A stretch of 63,818 nt of DNA, the filler included, from Octopus bimaculoides (lineage: Eukaryota), in NCBI RefSeq assembly GCF_001194135.2. It is 5 parts of 5 records of this genome, joined end to end, with 100 filler letters (N's around TTAATTAATTAA, not from the genome) between each part and the next. Parts side by side here need not be neighbours in the genome. Positions count along the whole stretch, not along the records: positions 1 to 18,646 come from NC_068984.1; positions 18,747 to 29,527 come from NC_068988.1; 3 more parts are not named here. One strand, written 5' to 3'. A model generated the notes under the pieces. The model saw only the letters and a list, made by a program, of their open reading frames with translations. It was not told the DNA's origin and did not search any database. Positions 12,644 through 25,900 of the stretch are shown here, piece by piece. Every line of letters starts with the position of its first letter. Position 1 is the stretch's first letter. Made by a program: the position numbers and the translations under genes.

Positions 12644-13040
12644 TGAGGTAAGTAGCTTGCTTACCAACCGAATGGTTCCGGGCTCAGTCCCACTGTGTGG
12701 CACCTTGGGCAAGTGTCTTCTACTATAGCCTCGGGCCGACCAAAGCCTTGTGAATGGATTTGGTAGACGGAAACTGAAGGAAGCCTGTCGTATATATGTA
12801 TATACATATATGTATGTGTGTGTATATGTTTGTGTGTCTGTGTTTGTCCCCCCCAAACATCGCTTGACAACCGATGCTGGTGTGTTTACGTCCCCGTAAC
12901 TTAGCAGTTCGGCAAAAGAGACCGATAGAATAAGTACTAGGCACACAAAGAATAAGTCCTGGGGTCGATTTGATTCGACTAAAGGTGGTGCTCCAGCATG
13001 GCCGCAGTCAAATGACTGAAACAAGTAAAGAGTAAAGAGT
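12644..13040 (+). mobile_element. SINE family A, near full length
   Basis: ggtaagtagcttgcttaccaacc...aagtaaagagtaaagagt. Confidence 0.9.
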
Positions 13041-13652
13041 GTATTTCAACAGAAATATAGTTACAAAAGGGTTAAGTAGACATAATATTGGTCACAAAAA
13101 GGTATGAAAAACCAGCATATTAATCAATCTAACTGAAGTTCATTACTCAGGATGCATCCACGCTCCATTAAAAAATGTATTGCCAAGAAGCTCCTTATGC
13201 TTTCTGTTCTTCTGTCTAGCTCCAACTCCATTAAAATACTTGTTCAATCAAACTAGTGATCGTTTATAAATGCTGTGGACATCTTATAAATCCTGTCTTT
13301 CATATAAATAGTTTAAGCCTATTTACAAGAAACAATGCTCAGCTGGGGAGCTGACTAAAAGCCATTAATGAATTAAGCCATACTATCAAAATGAGTAACA
13401 GATTAGACAATTCTGCTCTAAGAAGAGATGGGTTAATTAAACTGAGAACACAAGGCATTGAAATCATAGAATTAGCACAGAATTGACGATGGTTGTGTGA
13501 TTGAAAAGTTTACCACTGTGCAGCACTTTGGACAAGTATCTTCTACTATAGGCAAGGCCAACCTTGTAAGTGAATTTGGAACTGTGTGAAAGCACACATA
13601 TATATGTATGTATATAAAAACATGTATTCATGTGTGTGTGGTTTGTGTATAT

Positions 13653-13831
13653 ATCATCATCATCATTTAACGTCCGCTTTCCATGCTAGCATGGGTTGGA
13701 CGATTTGACTGAGGACTGGTGAACCAGATGGCTACACCAGTCTCCAATCTGATTTGGCAGAGTTTCTACAGCTGGATGCCCTTCCTAATGCCAACCACTC
13801 CGAGAGTGTAGTGGGTGCTTTTACGTACCAC
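13653..13831 (-). mobile_element. Family C retroposon 3' end
   Basis: (CAT)n then ttaacgtccgctttccatgctagcatggg...; reverse complement of 3850-4024. Confidence 0.85.
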
Positions 13832-13877
13832 CGAAACATATATATGTATATATGTATATTTATATATGCATATGTAA

Positions 13878-13927
<50 letters not shown>

Positions 13928-14494
13928 CTTCCCAAGCATTAAACTAATACATCTGTTTGCTTTCAAAAATAATACCAAAAGTAAATTGTTTTGGTGATTG
14001 ATTTAACAGACTTGTTTTTGATTTTGACTTTTTTTATAAGATGGCTTAAATCCTTGTTTCCATGGTGATATCATGCTGATAATTTCATAATTTCTTATCA
14101 ATTATATAAGATAAAATATGTGACTTTAAAGTTGAAGGATTTATGTTTTTCCTTGTTTATTTAACTGTAGAGGCGTTATGGTGATTGATCTGGAAGCTGC
14201 TATTAGACAGATTATCTTATTATTTTCTTGTGAGTTAAAAAAACAAAAACAAAACATACCTCCTAGGTAAATCAGAAGTGCATTTTACAGCTGCTCCCAA
14301 CACTGCTGGCTAAGCCAACAAGGGAATCTCTATATGGTTACTCAGTCTGCTAGAAATAGTAAATGGGTATCCTTCCTATCATACATTATCATCTTAACAA
14401 AAGGAAATTTGTGTACATTGGCTAATGTATAAACTGCAAGCATTTATGTCAGAAACAAAATAAGTTGTTATGGATTGACTGTGTTGACCCATGA

Positions 14495-14552
14495 GCATTC
14501 ATCGTCATCGTCGTCGTCATCATCGTCGTCATCATTGTCGTCATCATCATCG

Positions 14553-14603
<51 letters not shown>

Positions 14604-14605
14604 CC
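14495..14605. repeat. (CAT/CGT)n trinucleotide repeat
   Basis: Read directly. Confidence 0.95.
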
Positions 14606-16024
14606 ACCTATTGAGACTGTTATACGGGGTAAGATAAATAAATAAATGAATAGGAAGATGGTGTATGTTGTAAGGGGCCTTAAAATGCTTGGGGTAACAA
14701 CACTAGATTTAAAAAAAAATATTTTGGAATAAATGTTAAGAGAGGAACCTATTTGGACACTTATATTAACAAACCATTGCTAGCTTTTCATTTTATCATA
14801 GTTATTACTCTACAAGGAAGTCATGTTTTGTCCTACAATTATCTTGTTAACATTAGGATTCTTCAATTCTTACAAATATGGTTATCATCTCATTTCTTTC
14901 TCTATAATTAGGTTTGTTTTATTTTTATCTTTCTAATTTATATTATCTCCTATTGTTTTTTTATATCTCATTTTATTGTATTTACCATAGGTGTACAAGG
15001 AATGGTGGAGAATGCAGAGCCATCAACCCTGATTCAGACAAAAATTTCAGTGATAATTTTCAGTCGAAGACTCTTTGAATGACTGATGTGGTCAGTATTT
15101 TTCTTGGACAGAAACACCAGACTTCTGAACCTTCAGTAGTTCATATTTTACCCATATTCCCTGCCACATCATGTTCTTCTGAGCATACTTTTTTTGCACC
15201 CTCAGAAGATCAAAGAGTTATCTACACAATGAGATTATGAGAATCATTTTGGCTTTGGTTTGTATTGAATGGTTGTCACAAATTCAGTTCTAGTTGAAGA
15301 TGCTGCCAAAATTTATCAAAATATTCAACTTCAGGAAGACTTCTTTATTCGGAAGCTCCTGTTTGAACTTCTTTCCTGATGTAACAACTATTTGTAAGAA
15401 ATCAAAAACCATCTTCAAATATTGTCATTTCACGAACAAACATTTTTGCAATATTTTTGTTGTTGTACCTGAATTATATTTTTAGTTTGATTACATTATT
15501 AATTCTCCTAATCAACTTGTTCTATGGTCTTTTGATTTGTTCAAACAATTTGAAAATTCTGTGAGTAAAAAGCTTAGGCTTTGCTTTGCCCTACCTCTCT
15601 TTATACTAATTTTCCCTTACTCACATGTCTATGTGTACTACATTATGATAGTGCTCTTTTTTGTGTATTCTTTCACTCTGAATGCAATCTATATAATACA
15701 TAGATATGCAGAAGTTACCCCAAGCCCAAATCTTTTTGTTCTTGTTACTATTACTCTGTGAGCCACTCCCACATAAACATTAAGATATTTTTCTGAGGCT
15801 GAATTAAACTTAAGCATTTTTTTTTTTTTTGAAATATGAATATAAAATTACATCATTGTAAAAAATAATTGTTTATCTAATTATGTAATGTGATATTAAT
15901 GTTTGCTTATTTTTAGTTGCGACGTAATACTAACATTTTTTTTTTATTGACGCACTATTCTGTTAGGAAACTGGTTGTCATTTTAAAACAAAGACATTTA
16001 TAAACAACCTATTAATTTTTTTGT

Positions 16025-16048
16025 CATCAACATCATCATCACCATCAC

Positions 16049-16113
<65 letters not shown>

Positions 16114-16470
16114 GAAGCAGCAGCTGCATTTAATGTCCACCTTTCATGCGAGTATGGGTCACACAGTTTGACTGGAACCGGTAAGCCAGAGAGCTGCACC
16201 AGGTTCCAGTCTGATTTGGTATGGTTTCTACAGCTGGCTGCCCTTCCTAACACCAACCACTCCAAGAGTTAATGTCACTGGCATGGATGCCATTTGCATA
16301 ACACCAGCAATGACCATGACTGATTTCATGAATGCCATTCACACAACACCAGCAGGGTGCCATTTACATGACACCAGCAACGGTCATGACTACGCTTTCA
16401 TAGGTGCCATTTGCATGACACTAGCACTGGCCACAACTATAATTCCATGGGTGCCATTTACATGATATTG
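16025..16470 (-). mobile_element. Family C retroposon 3' end with long (CAT)n tail and degenerate gtgccatttacatgacaccagca minisatellite
   Basis: Homologous to 13653-13831; 4-5 degenerate units at 16285-16470. Confidence 0.7.
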
Positions 16471-16480
16471 GCATAGTGTC

Positions 16481-16524
<44 letters not shown>

Positions 16525-17471
16525 ACGTGTTTGCATGTGTGTGTGTGCATGTGCGTATCTATCTTTGTGTCTGTGTTTGTCCACCTCCACTACCTGGTGT
16601 TGGTTTGTTTATGCCTCCATAACTTAGCTGGGGTTAATTTGTTCAACGAAGTACCTTTCAAGGCAGCACCTAAGCATAGCTGCAATCTAATGACTGAAAC
16701 AAATGCATGGGGTTCCTTGCTGAAGAATTTTATGAGATTTCTACTGAAAAGAGGTAGAAGGTAGTGTGTTGGCGGTGGCGTTGGTGGTGGTATTGGTATT
16801 GGAGACAGAATTGGTAGTTTGCTGGAGAATTGATGATAGTATAGGTGGTGGTTTTAGTGGTTGGCATCAGTGAATTGGTGGAGGTGTTTTATTTGATGGT
16901 ATGCATGTGAGGCTGTGTGTGAATGATGTAACAACACCATGCAAACATTTAACAGTAACTTTTCTTATTTCACTGTACAAGTAATATTCAACAAGTCAAT
17001 TGAAAGAAGAATTCTGTATTATTCATAAATAGTTGATTACAAAAGCTCTGTACTTAAGCTTGCCAGGACAGGAGAAAATATACACATAAGTATCACACTG
17101 ATTAATATAATGGCATATCCATGTTGTGCTGGAGTCATTTAAACAATTATTACAAACGGCAAGAGAGTATGTGAAGCTGCACAGCTGGTGGCCACACACT
17201 GAAAGTTGGTGTTAAAAACAAGTCTTCATATTACCTTTGTACTAAGAGGTTCCAGAAGGATCTAGAATGATCTATCACATGAAATCTGGCTGCTGATTGG
17301 CCAATAACTTGATCTCCCATATGAGCAAGGGTGTATTATGTTGTGACTTAAATTTTGTAATCTGGTAACTCAGTTTTGTCTTGTCACAGAGGTGTTGGTG
17401 AATGGTATAAATGGTAGTTTTGTTCATGGCGTTGGCATGGATGACAGTAAGGGTGTTGGTGTAATATTGGT

Positions 17472-17861
17472 GAGGCGCAATGGCCCAGTGGTTAGGGCAG
17501 CGGACTCGCGTTCATAGGATCGCGGTTTCGATTCCTAGACCGAGCGTTGTGAGTGTTTATTGAGCAAAAACACCTAAAGCTCCATGAGGCTCCGGCAGGG
17601 GATTGTGGCGAACCCTGCTGTACTCTTCCACCGCAACTTTCTCTCACTCTTACTTCCTGTTTCTGTTGTACCTGTATTTCAAAGGGCCAGCCTTGTCACA
17701 CTGTGTCACGCTGAATATCCCCGAGAACTACGTTAAGGGTACACGTGTCTGTGGAATGCTCAGCCACTTGCATGTTAATTTCACGAGCAGGCTGTTCCGT
17801 TGAGCGGATCAACTGGAACCCTCGTCGTCGTAAACGACGGAGTGCCAACAACTACAACAAC
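17472..17861 (+). mobile_element. tRNA-derived SINE (family D) with (AAC)n tail
   Basis: A-box tggcccagtgg (17481) and B-box ggtttcgattcc (about 17524); ends gccaacaactacaacaacaa. Confidence 0.8.
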
Positions 17862-17891
17862 AATGGTATTGGTGTTGTGGTAAGAAATCAA

Positions 17892-17895
17892 AAAG

Positions 17896-17971
<76 letters not shown>

Positions 17972-18448
17972 AGGGAGGCTAGTTTGATGAACAGATGGAT
18001 GAATGGACGAATAACTAGAGATATAGAAGGAGATGTGGGGGTCTGATGGGAGAGAGGAACGTTTTGATAAAGGCCTGCAAAAGGTCACGGCCACTATCCT
18101 TCCTATCGGGTGACAAACTTATTAAAATATACATACATGCATACTAACATACATATGTGTGTGTGTTTATGTATGTATGTATGTGTGTATGTATGTATGT
18201 ATGTATGTATGTGTGTGTGTATGTATGTATGTATGTATGTGTATATGCATGTGTGAGTATGGATGCTTATGTAAATGTATGCATACATATGTGTGTGTGT
18301 GTGTAAGTGTGTATGTAAGTGTGTATGTAAGTGTGTAGGTATATATGTGTGTGTACGTATATGTGTGTGTGTATGTGCAGAGAGGGGAGAGAGAAGGGAG
18401 TGAGAGAGAGGGTTGGAGAGGGAGAAACAGAGAAGTAAATAGATAGAT

Positions 18449-18485
<37 letters not shown>

Positions 18486-18562
18486 TGGAGGGATGGATGG
18501 ATGGATGGATGGATAGATGGATGGATAGATAGATAGATAGACACAGATAGATAGACAGACAC

Positions 18563-18605
<43 letters not shown>

Positions 18606-18646
18606 CAGATAGATAGATAGATAGATACATATGATAGATAGATAGA
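17892..18646. repeat. Large compound microsatellite block (GATA, GACA, GATG, TATG, GT)
   Basis: Read directly. Confidence 0.9.
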
Positions 18647-18746
18647 NNNNNNNNNNNNNNNNNNNNNNNNNNNNNNNNNNNNNNNNNNNNTTAATTAATT
18701 AANNNNNNNNNNNNNNNNNNNNNNNNNNNNNNNNNNNNNNNNNNNN
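18647..18746. other. Synthetic 100-bp scaffold spacer N44-TTAATTAATTAA-N44
   Basis: The same 44+12+44 structure occurs at 29528-29627, 58763-58862 and 62444-62543. The 12-mer has stops in all six frames. Confidence 0.9.
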
Positions 18747-19033
18747 CCAAAATGGCTGAAGTCCAAAAGATAGTGCTCATGGGAACTGCCCATATCCTAC
18801 GTAAAATACTGTCTATGTGATCTCAAATTTTAAAGCAAACATAATTTTCTTATGGTTTCTTAAACATTCACTTGAACAAAACTGTACAAATCCAAATATA
18901 TGGTACCCTAGGCATAACACCTACATGAACTTCTAACTTGTTGTCTCTTGAGGTCTCTGGGTGAGACTTGGATCCAACTTGTACAAATGCAAAACAAAAG
19001 TCAAACATAAAATAATAATAATAATAATAATAA
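18747..19033 (+). mobile_element. 3' end of R4/Dong-like (REL endonuclease) non-LTR retrotransposon
   Basis: KMAEVQKIVLMGTAHILRKILSM* resembles the C-terminal Q-K---LGTAHILR motif of R4/Dong; followed by a UTR and an (AAT)n tail. Confidence 0.7.
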
Positions 19034-21594
19034 CAATCTCCGTATCTCGTATCTAGTTACGCTGTTGTCTTTCATGAATGAACTATAATATATACTGTAG
19101 ACATAATTGAACGGCCCTCTGTATATTGAATGCGGCCAATGATGGCATAAGTCTGTACGAGGTCCTATCATCTACCAGAATTAACTCTATATTCCACTCA
19201 AACTCCATCTTATCAATTTTATAAAGGCCAAAATCAGATGAATTGTTTGATAAGCTGATGGTTACAACTGGAATATTTTTGCTCACCAACCAGCTTATTC
19301 AGAGTTGATATGGAGCTAAACAACTGCAATGAACTAAAAAACCCTCTACGTGGTATATGTTGTCGCTAAATCACTTTCTACTTATTGTCTTAGTAAGAGA
19401 AGGTCATGTTGGATAGAACAGTCATAGATACGTAGTATTATAACATACATACACAAATCGAATGATCGCGCTGGAAGTCTCCTCAGCATAGGTTATCTTC
19501 ATAAAAGGGAGTTAAACAACAATATACTCCAATCAATAAAGGCACCGCTGTGCATTTGGTCGATTTGCTAACAATAACACCGCTTACCCACTCCTCATCA
19601 AATTACAAGTTACTACACTGGATGATATTGCTTTTAATATTGCCTTATTTTAGGGTGACAACTGGAATAAATTTGATCAGCTTTTATCTGGGGATACATC
19701 ACAATAAAAACAATTTAATCTTTATTATTAAATTACTTTGATGAACGAAGTAATAAAGTTAGTCTCGTTAAAGTTCAAATTAGAAGTGTGAAATATTGAA
19801 AGAAGCGAAAATTAGATGGCGTAGAGTGGCGAGAGATTAATGGAATGACACTACAGTGGTGGTTTACTGTTTGACCGATTTTCTCAGTCTCTGAGACAGT
19901 TGTCTGGTGTCGAGACTAGAGTGTGCAACAGACAAGAAGTCAAATCGTTGTATTCTAGTAGCTCACATAAAAAGACTCAGTTTCATTATAATAAAGTATA
20001 CTCTCGCCAGAAGTTTGATAACCTGCAATAGACTGAAAGTAGTTGCTTTGAGGGATATATAGAGTATTCTCTCATAAACTACTGTAATGCATTCAATTCA
20101 GAGAGAAAGAGAGAGAAAGAGAGAGAGAAAGAAAGTGAGTGAGCGAGCGAGAGGGAAAAAGGAATCAAACTTCGTACTTGACTGGTACTTTATTTTACTG
20201 ACTTTTAAATAATGAAATGATGAAAACCAATCTCGACAAGATTTGAAATGAGATCGCAAAGAACCTCGAATAAATACTGTATACGTATTAGTCAGACTCT
20301 TAGTGAAGTTCTAGTAAACACGAACCTTCGAACTACTGGGATGGGAAGGTAAACTTACTCAATAACTTAACTGTAGGTCTATTTAAAAAATAACTGCTGA
20401 ATACGAGGTGATTGATAACTCACTATATATACACAAAATATTGAGATAAACGTTATGATCAGAGTATAAATATGTAAATATGGCTTACAGATAATTATCT
20501 ATGCAATTAACAATCGCAAAATAACGTTTCGAAAAAGACATGAAATATAAAATACCTATCTATAAAATACATATAGAAATTACTTAATACGTTAGAAGTT
20601 TGAATAATGGGTAAAAAGTTATGTACATAGCGATACTTAAACTAATCCAGACACATATTCACAAAAATGTTGAGAGCATATACAAAAGTCAAAATTATAT
20701 GATATAGCGTATTAATATTTCGGATAAGTAAAGAAATGATTTATTATAGAATTTTCCATCATACATTAGAACGAAAAATTTACTTAGCAAAGCGACAATT
20801 AATCAACATTTCTGAAATCTAAGCAAAGAAATTATCGAATTGTCAAACAAACGTTCATATCCACACATAAGATGTAAAGGTATTATTCGTGGAAAAATTC
20901 TTTTGAAAACAAGCTGTTACTCAATCTTATTTGTTGATATAAATATATACAAGCCTTTTCAAATTGTACATGTGCGCATTTCAAATAAAAATATTCAACT
21001 TGGTTAACTTTATCTTATAAGTGTAACATATAAAAAACGATAAAATCTATAGAGACAGCTGCTTCAAAGTGAAACATATCTTTACACCGGTCTTATAAAT
21101 TATCCGTTTGCAGAGCAAGGTTTTAATTGTAATGCACCTTGGAAATTTATTGAATGAATTATTTATTCTTTCCGTCCATTATTTCCCCGAGATTATAAAA
21201 GATGCTGAGTGACATGATTTTGTCTTTTGTATACGCTTTCAAAATTTATGTGATTATACATCCATGTTTGCTTGAATATCTTTATGTGGGTAAGTCATTA
21301 AAACTTAAGTATATGAGTGATTTACATTTTAAAGATTTCAAAATAAATACAAATAATTTTTCAGCACTAAATCAATCAAAATATTATCCCTGTAATGTAG
21401 GCAAAAGAAGATATGACTAAAAGTGAGGAGGTGGTTGGGAGAAAGGAGACTAAACGATTCTGGATGAGATTGCAATTAGCCATAATTTTTTTATTCTGTG
21501 CACATAACGCAATTCTGAGTTAAAACAAAAATTGCAACTCTAAATAGGCTGATTACTCTTCTGTTTGTAAGCATGTTTGTATATAAAAATACAT

Positions 21595-21760
21595 ACCTGC
21601 ATATGTGCATGTATGTATGTATAAAAATGCATGCCTGCATATGTGCATATGTGCATGCATATATGTATGTATGTGTATGACCGTCTGTCTGCCTGCCTAC
21701 CTACCTACCTACCTACCTACCTACCTGCCTGCCTGCCTGCCTGCCTGCCTGTCTGTCTGC

Positions 21761-21830
<70 letters not shown>
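21595..21830. repeat. Stepwise compound tetranucleotide array (CTAC)(CTGC)(CTGT)(CTAT)
   Basis: Read directly. Confidence 0.9.
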
Positions 21831-22064
21831 GTTTATATGATTACAAAGTAGTACATTATCACACGACAAGGAAATCCTTACATATTTGATCAGTAATGAA
21901 AACTTTTCCCAAATGCAGTTTTCAGTTTATATTTGCTTTCTTAATCCAAAAATAAAGTATGGTCCAATAGAAATGAAATTCACAACTAGAGACTGAATCA
22001 TCAACTATCCTTGATCAGTTGGCTTAAGATAACAAATACTTTTTGTGAGGTTTTGGGGACTTAA

Positions 22065-22270
22065 CGTTATAAACAATGAAAAGCCTGTACATGGTCGCTC
22101 GGCTTGCTAATAAAATATCAACCAAACGTATGTCACTGACAGTCAACTATTCTCAAAAGAAGGATACATTAGATAATGCAGTCCAGTGGTCATTATGTCG
22201 GAAATCTGTCCGATGGTCATGGTTAGAATGTCTTTAACTATAAGCTTACTCGATCATAGTCTATAATATT
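22065..22270 (+). mobile_element. SINE family E, diverged
   Basis: atggtcgctcggcttgcta...ggatacattagataatgcagtc...gatggtcatggttagaatg...ctcgatca; related copies at about 14325, 42200 and 51590/55712. Confidence 0.55.
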
Positions 22271-24079
22271 AATCCTTTTTTAGTATCTTTAAGCATAAAA
22301 TTTAAACGGAAGCGTAAAATGATTAAAAAATCTACGACAGCTATACTAGTTTGTTAAAAAGTGAGAATGTATAATATTCGAATGCATACTATATCTGTAG
22401 CGATTATCGATGTGCTGTTGAAGTACTTTTCGGTATTTTGTTAGGTCTCTTTAGAATCGGTGTTCAGTTCATTCCACACTCAACTGGGTTCTTCCGCTTC
22501 TCGGAAATAGGAAATGTGTACCTGTTTAACTTTGGGCTTAACTTAATAAAATTGACATTATAACTTTTTGAAAGTATGTCCTGTTTACGTGTGAACATTT
22601 TTTGATATGTGTCGCCATAATTACTGAGATGACATTTCGTTGAAATATATATCCTTTCTGTATTATTTCGCCACTATTAGAGACCGTTAAAATATAAATT
22701 TGCTGACTTATCTTACTCCGTTTAGAACGTTTTATGAAGTTGCACTGCAGTTTCATTATATGTACGTACACTGTGTATATAATGAGATATCTATAGTTGT
22801 AGACAACGATATGTTTGAGTAGAGTGATTCAATATAGTATCACAGAGAATTCTGGTTTGTTACACATTAAATGCAAATAGCTGCAGGAGTGAATATTCTT
22901 GTGTAAACCAAAGTTCCTCGATATATAAATAAGTATCTTCGATTGCGAGGCAAACAAAAATCACGCCATTATTATTAGAAGCAAGCTGCTTGGTTTACGG
23001 ACATTTTCCCATTCTTCCATAAAAATGAATAATTGATTTTCAGGAAGAACGAGGATGAAAGATAAACAAAGGAAAGTTGCTGAAAAGAAGACAGTTCTTA
23101 AAAGCGGTATCGTCGATTCGATGACTACTGTTGGCGATACATACTGCTACATTTGCTACTAGTCATGCCATGCATAACTTTATTGTTAAGCAACTTCTTT
23201 ATGAAAATAAAAATCAACTCTAAAGTTTGCTTTATATTCATATGTTTGGATCAGCGATTTTCTTCAGAGAAGTACTCTTAACTTGCTTTCAAAATACATA
23301 GAATTTGGAATAGATTAGATTAGTTAAAAATGAATAAACATGACGTGAATCTTCAATATATTGTACATTTGAAAAATTAGTCGAGAAAAGTTGCTATGTG
23401 GAATGAAACAGATGATAAAAGTCATAAAAAGGTACTTTCAGGTAAATTGTTATGATTTGGCATGGATTTTCTGAAAATGTTAGGATGCGTCATATACCGA
23501 GACATTTCAAGGATACGAACAACGTTGGTTACAAGAATAGCGGAGTGGTTACGAAGTTCTCTTTGTTATTTCGTAGTTAAAGATTTGATCTCACTGTGCG
23601 ACAGTTCGGTAAGTGACTGTTATAGACTTGGGTTGTCTAAAGCTTTGTAAGTGAAATTTGGTGGACAGTAACTAGGTGGAGATTCGTCGGAGGGATCGAT
23701 CCCTTTCCTAGGAGAACGGCTTCAACCATCACCGGTTTTAACACCCTCACTTGATCCATAGGTGTCTTTAGGAGTCTAATCTACTGCAAGAATTTGGACC
23801 AAGTGCCTGGTTTGGAAATAAATATCTTCCTTTTTCTAGTTTCGGAGGGTCTTACAAATATCTTGGGTGTTACTCTTCCTTCTGAGTAAGTCATTTCCAT
23901 TTTCCATAAAAAAAGTAGCAGTTTATAAGAACAAGATAAACATCAGAATGGAATTTACTACAATTTTGTTTACCAGAAATTTGCATCGAATTCTACGGAG
24001 TTTGGTAAATGATGGAGAAATAATTGATTTTGATTTGGCACAAAGTCAGTGCTTCAAAGAAGTCTGGTGTGTGTGTGTA

Positions 24080-24111
<32 letters not shown>

Positions 24112-24837
24112 TGTGTGCGCGCGTGCGTGTGCGTGTATGTGATTATGTATTTGTGTTGATAATCAAATGAATAAAGCTAGGTGTTATTTTTTTTTGTTTA
24201 TTTGCAACATAGAGGGATGAAAGTTAAGTGTTGACACTAAAGGAATACCAACAAAAAAAATTATAGAAAACTATACACTATAAATTTCTATATTATTCAA
24301 ATATTTTTAGAACTCTTCAAAGTACATGAAATGGTGCAAACATTATACAAACACTTCTATTCTAATTAAATTTCAATAAATATTATAGCTGCTATCATCT
24401 AAAGAATACTTCAAAATTCGCCTATAGTGAGGACTTGCCAAAACATTTTATACCATTCCAACTTTCTATCGAATCGAAATTTTCAAACAACAACACGCAA
24501 AAGCACTGCAAATTATTACATAATTCAATCGGGAAAAGAATGTGTTTTATAACATCAGTTCTTGTATAATATTTTGATCGCGCCAACTTTGATTCTGTGT
24601 TTCAAAGTATTTACTTAACTCTCAGAGCCAGCACAGACTATTCCAACCAGTGAATCAGAGCTAACAAAAGCTGCTAAGGATAACAGCTAAATTCCCTCGG
24701 ATTACACCCTTAAAATATTTTAAAGGAAAAGACGCAGATGATACCGTTGTACTTGCTATATACAGGTATGGAGTGATAGAGGGTGCAACTCCTTTGTCGA
24801 CACAAAAGGTCAGGTCAATCAAAGTGAACCACAGGCT

Positions 24838-24886
<49 letters not shown>

Positions 24887-24895
24887 GCAACAACC
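24838..24895. repeat. (AAC)n microsatellite
   Basis: Read directly. Confidence 0.95.
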
Positions 24896-25299
24896 ATCTT
24901 GCTCTTTTGCGCTCTCTAATATAGTCAATCACATCTATGTAACTGCCTTTATAGTTATTTAATCACCAACCCTCCAGGTATCCTTTAGTTGAATGACCAA
25001 TGGCATTACCGCTTTATTTCAGTTTTACAGATTTCTCTCGTTGATATGCATTTATCGAAGGTGAGGTTTGCCTGTCAATGAATTGTCAGTTACTGCTCAG
25101 GCAGTCTTTCAGGTAGCATGTTCTTTCTTATGTAGAGCTTTCTTAATGAAGTGTTTTAATTCTTGACAGTTCTACTCGCCATATTTACTCACAATTGGTA
25201 ATTGGGTCGCTCCTTGTGATTCTCCAAGTGCAGCACTGACGATTCATCTTCATGTCATGAACCTTCGACACCAGATGCTTACGCAGTGTCATGTTCCAA

Positions 25300-25900
25300 A
25301 ATCATTGGCGGTTATTAGATAGCGATGACTCTGTCCACCTGACGGCTTGATTGCTTTTGCTATCACTTCTATAACTTACTGTCAACACACCTGTCTGTCG
25401 ATAGTGCCTAGCCAAATACATACACTTGTACAGTTTTCATATTGACGGTTTCAAATATGATGCCTTCTTAATGTGTTGATATAGAACTTGAATGGAAAAC
25501 CTCTTGTGCCGTTTTGATGTTAAACTCTTCAGGCCAGTGTTTTAGATAGCGTCTAGAATATATTCAAAATCCTCTGTATACGAAGTGGCACATGAGTGAC
25601 TAACAAGTTGTAACCTGTACCCAATAGATCTAGAAGGATCTCCAGGATTCTCATTTTTGCTCTAGAATTGGGAATGCTGAAGAGTTCTGCAGTATGGAGG
25701 TACTTTCTCAAGGTCGTGAGAGACTTCTAGCATTATTACAAGAGAAGTTGAGAACAGTGTTGGTATCAATATATTGTTGTTACCTTTACAGTGCTTATTA
25801 CAAAATACGTCCAATGAGTCTACATGATGGGCCTTTACCATAGATATAAATTTCTTAAACAATCGTATCTAGATTGAATTTATCTCCAGTATCGAATGTC
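25300..25900 (-). pseudogene. Highly decayed retroelement coding relic, possibly Gypsy integrase
   Basis: Minus frame GDPSRSIGYRLQLVSHSCATSYTEDF loosely resembles integrase GPLPRS-GNRYILV-D-ATRYPEA. Many stops. Confidence 0.3.

Noticed and set aside
17472-17545. Possible tRNA gene
   Set aside because: It has A/B boxes but no complete acceptor stem, and it continues into a SINE body with an (AAC)n tail.
18691-18702. TTAATTAATTAA islands inside N runs (also 29572, 58807, 62488)
   Set aside because: Always centred in exactly 44+12+44 nt with stops in six frames: a scaffolding spacer, not biology.
20300-21100. Possible decayed Penelope/LINE remnants (also 27400-27800, 28350-29100)
   Set aside because: No motif could be read with confidence; needs a profile search.
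23691-23704. 14-bp palindrome agggatcgatccct
   Set aside because: Single short palindrome with no supporting context; not distinguishable from chance or a repair scar.
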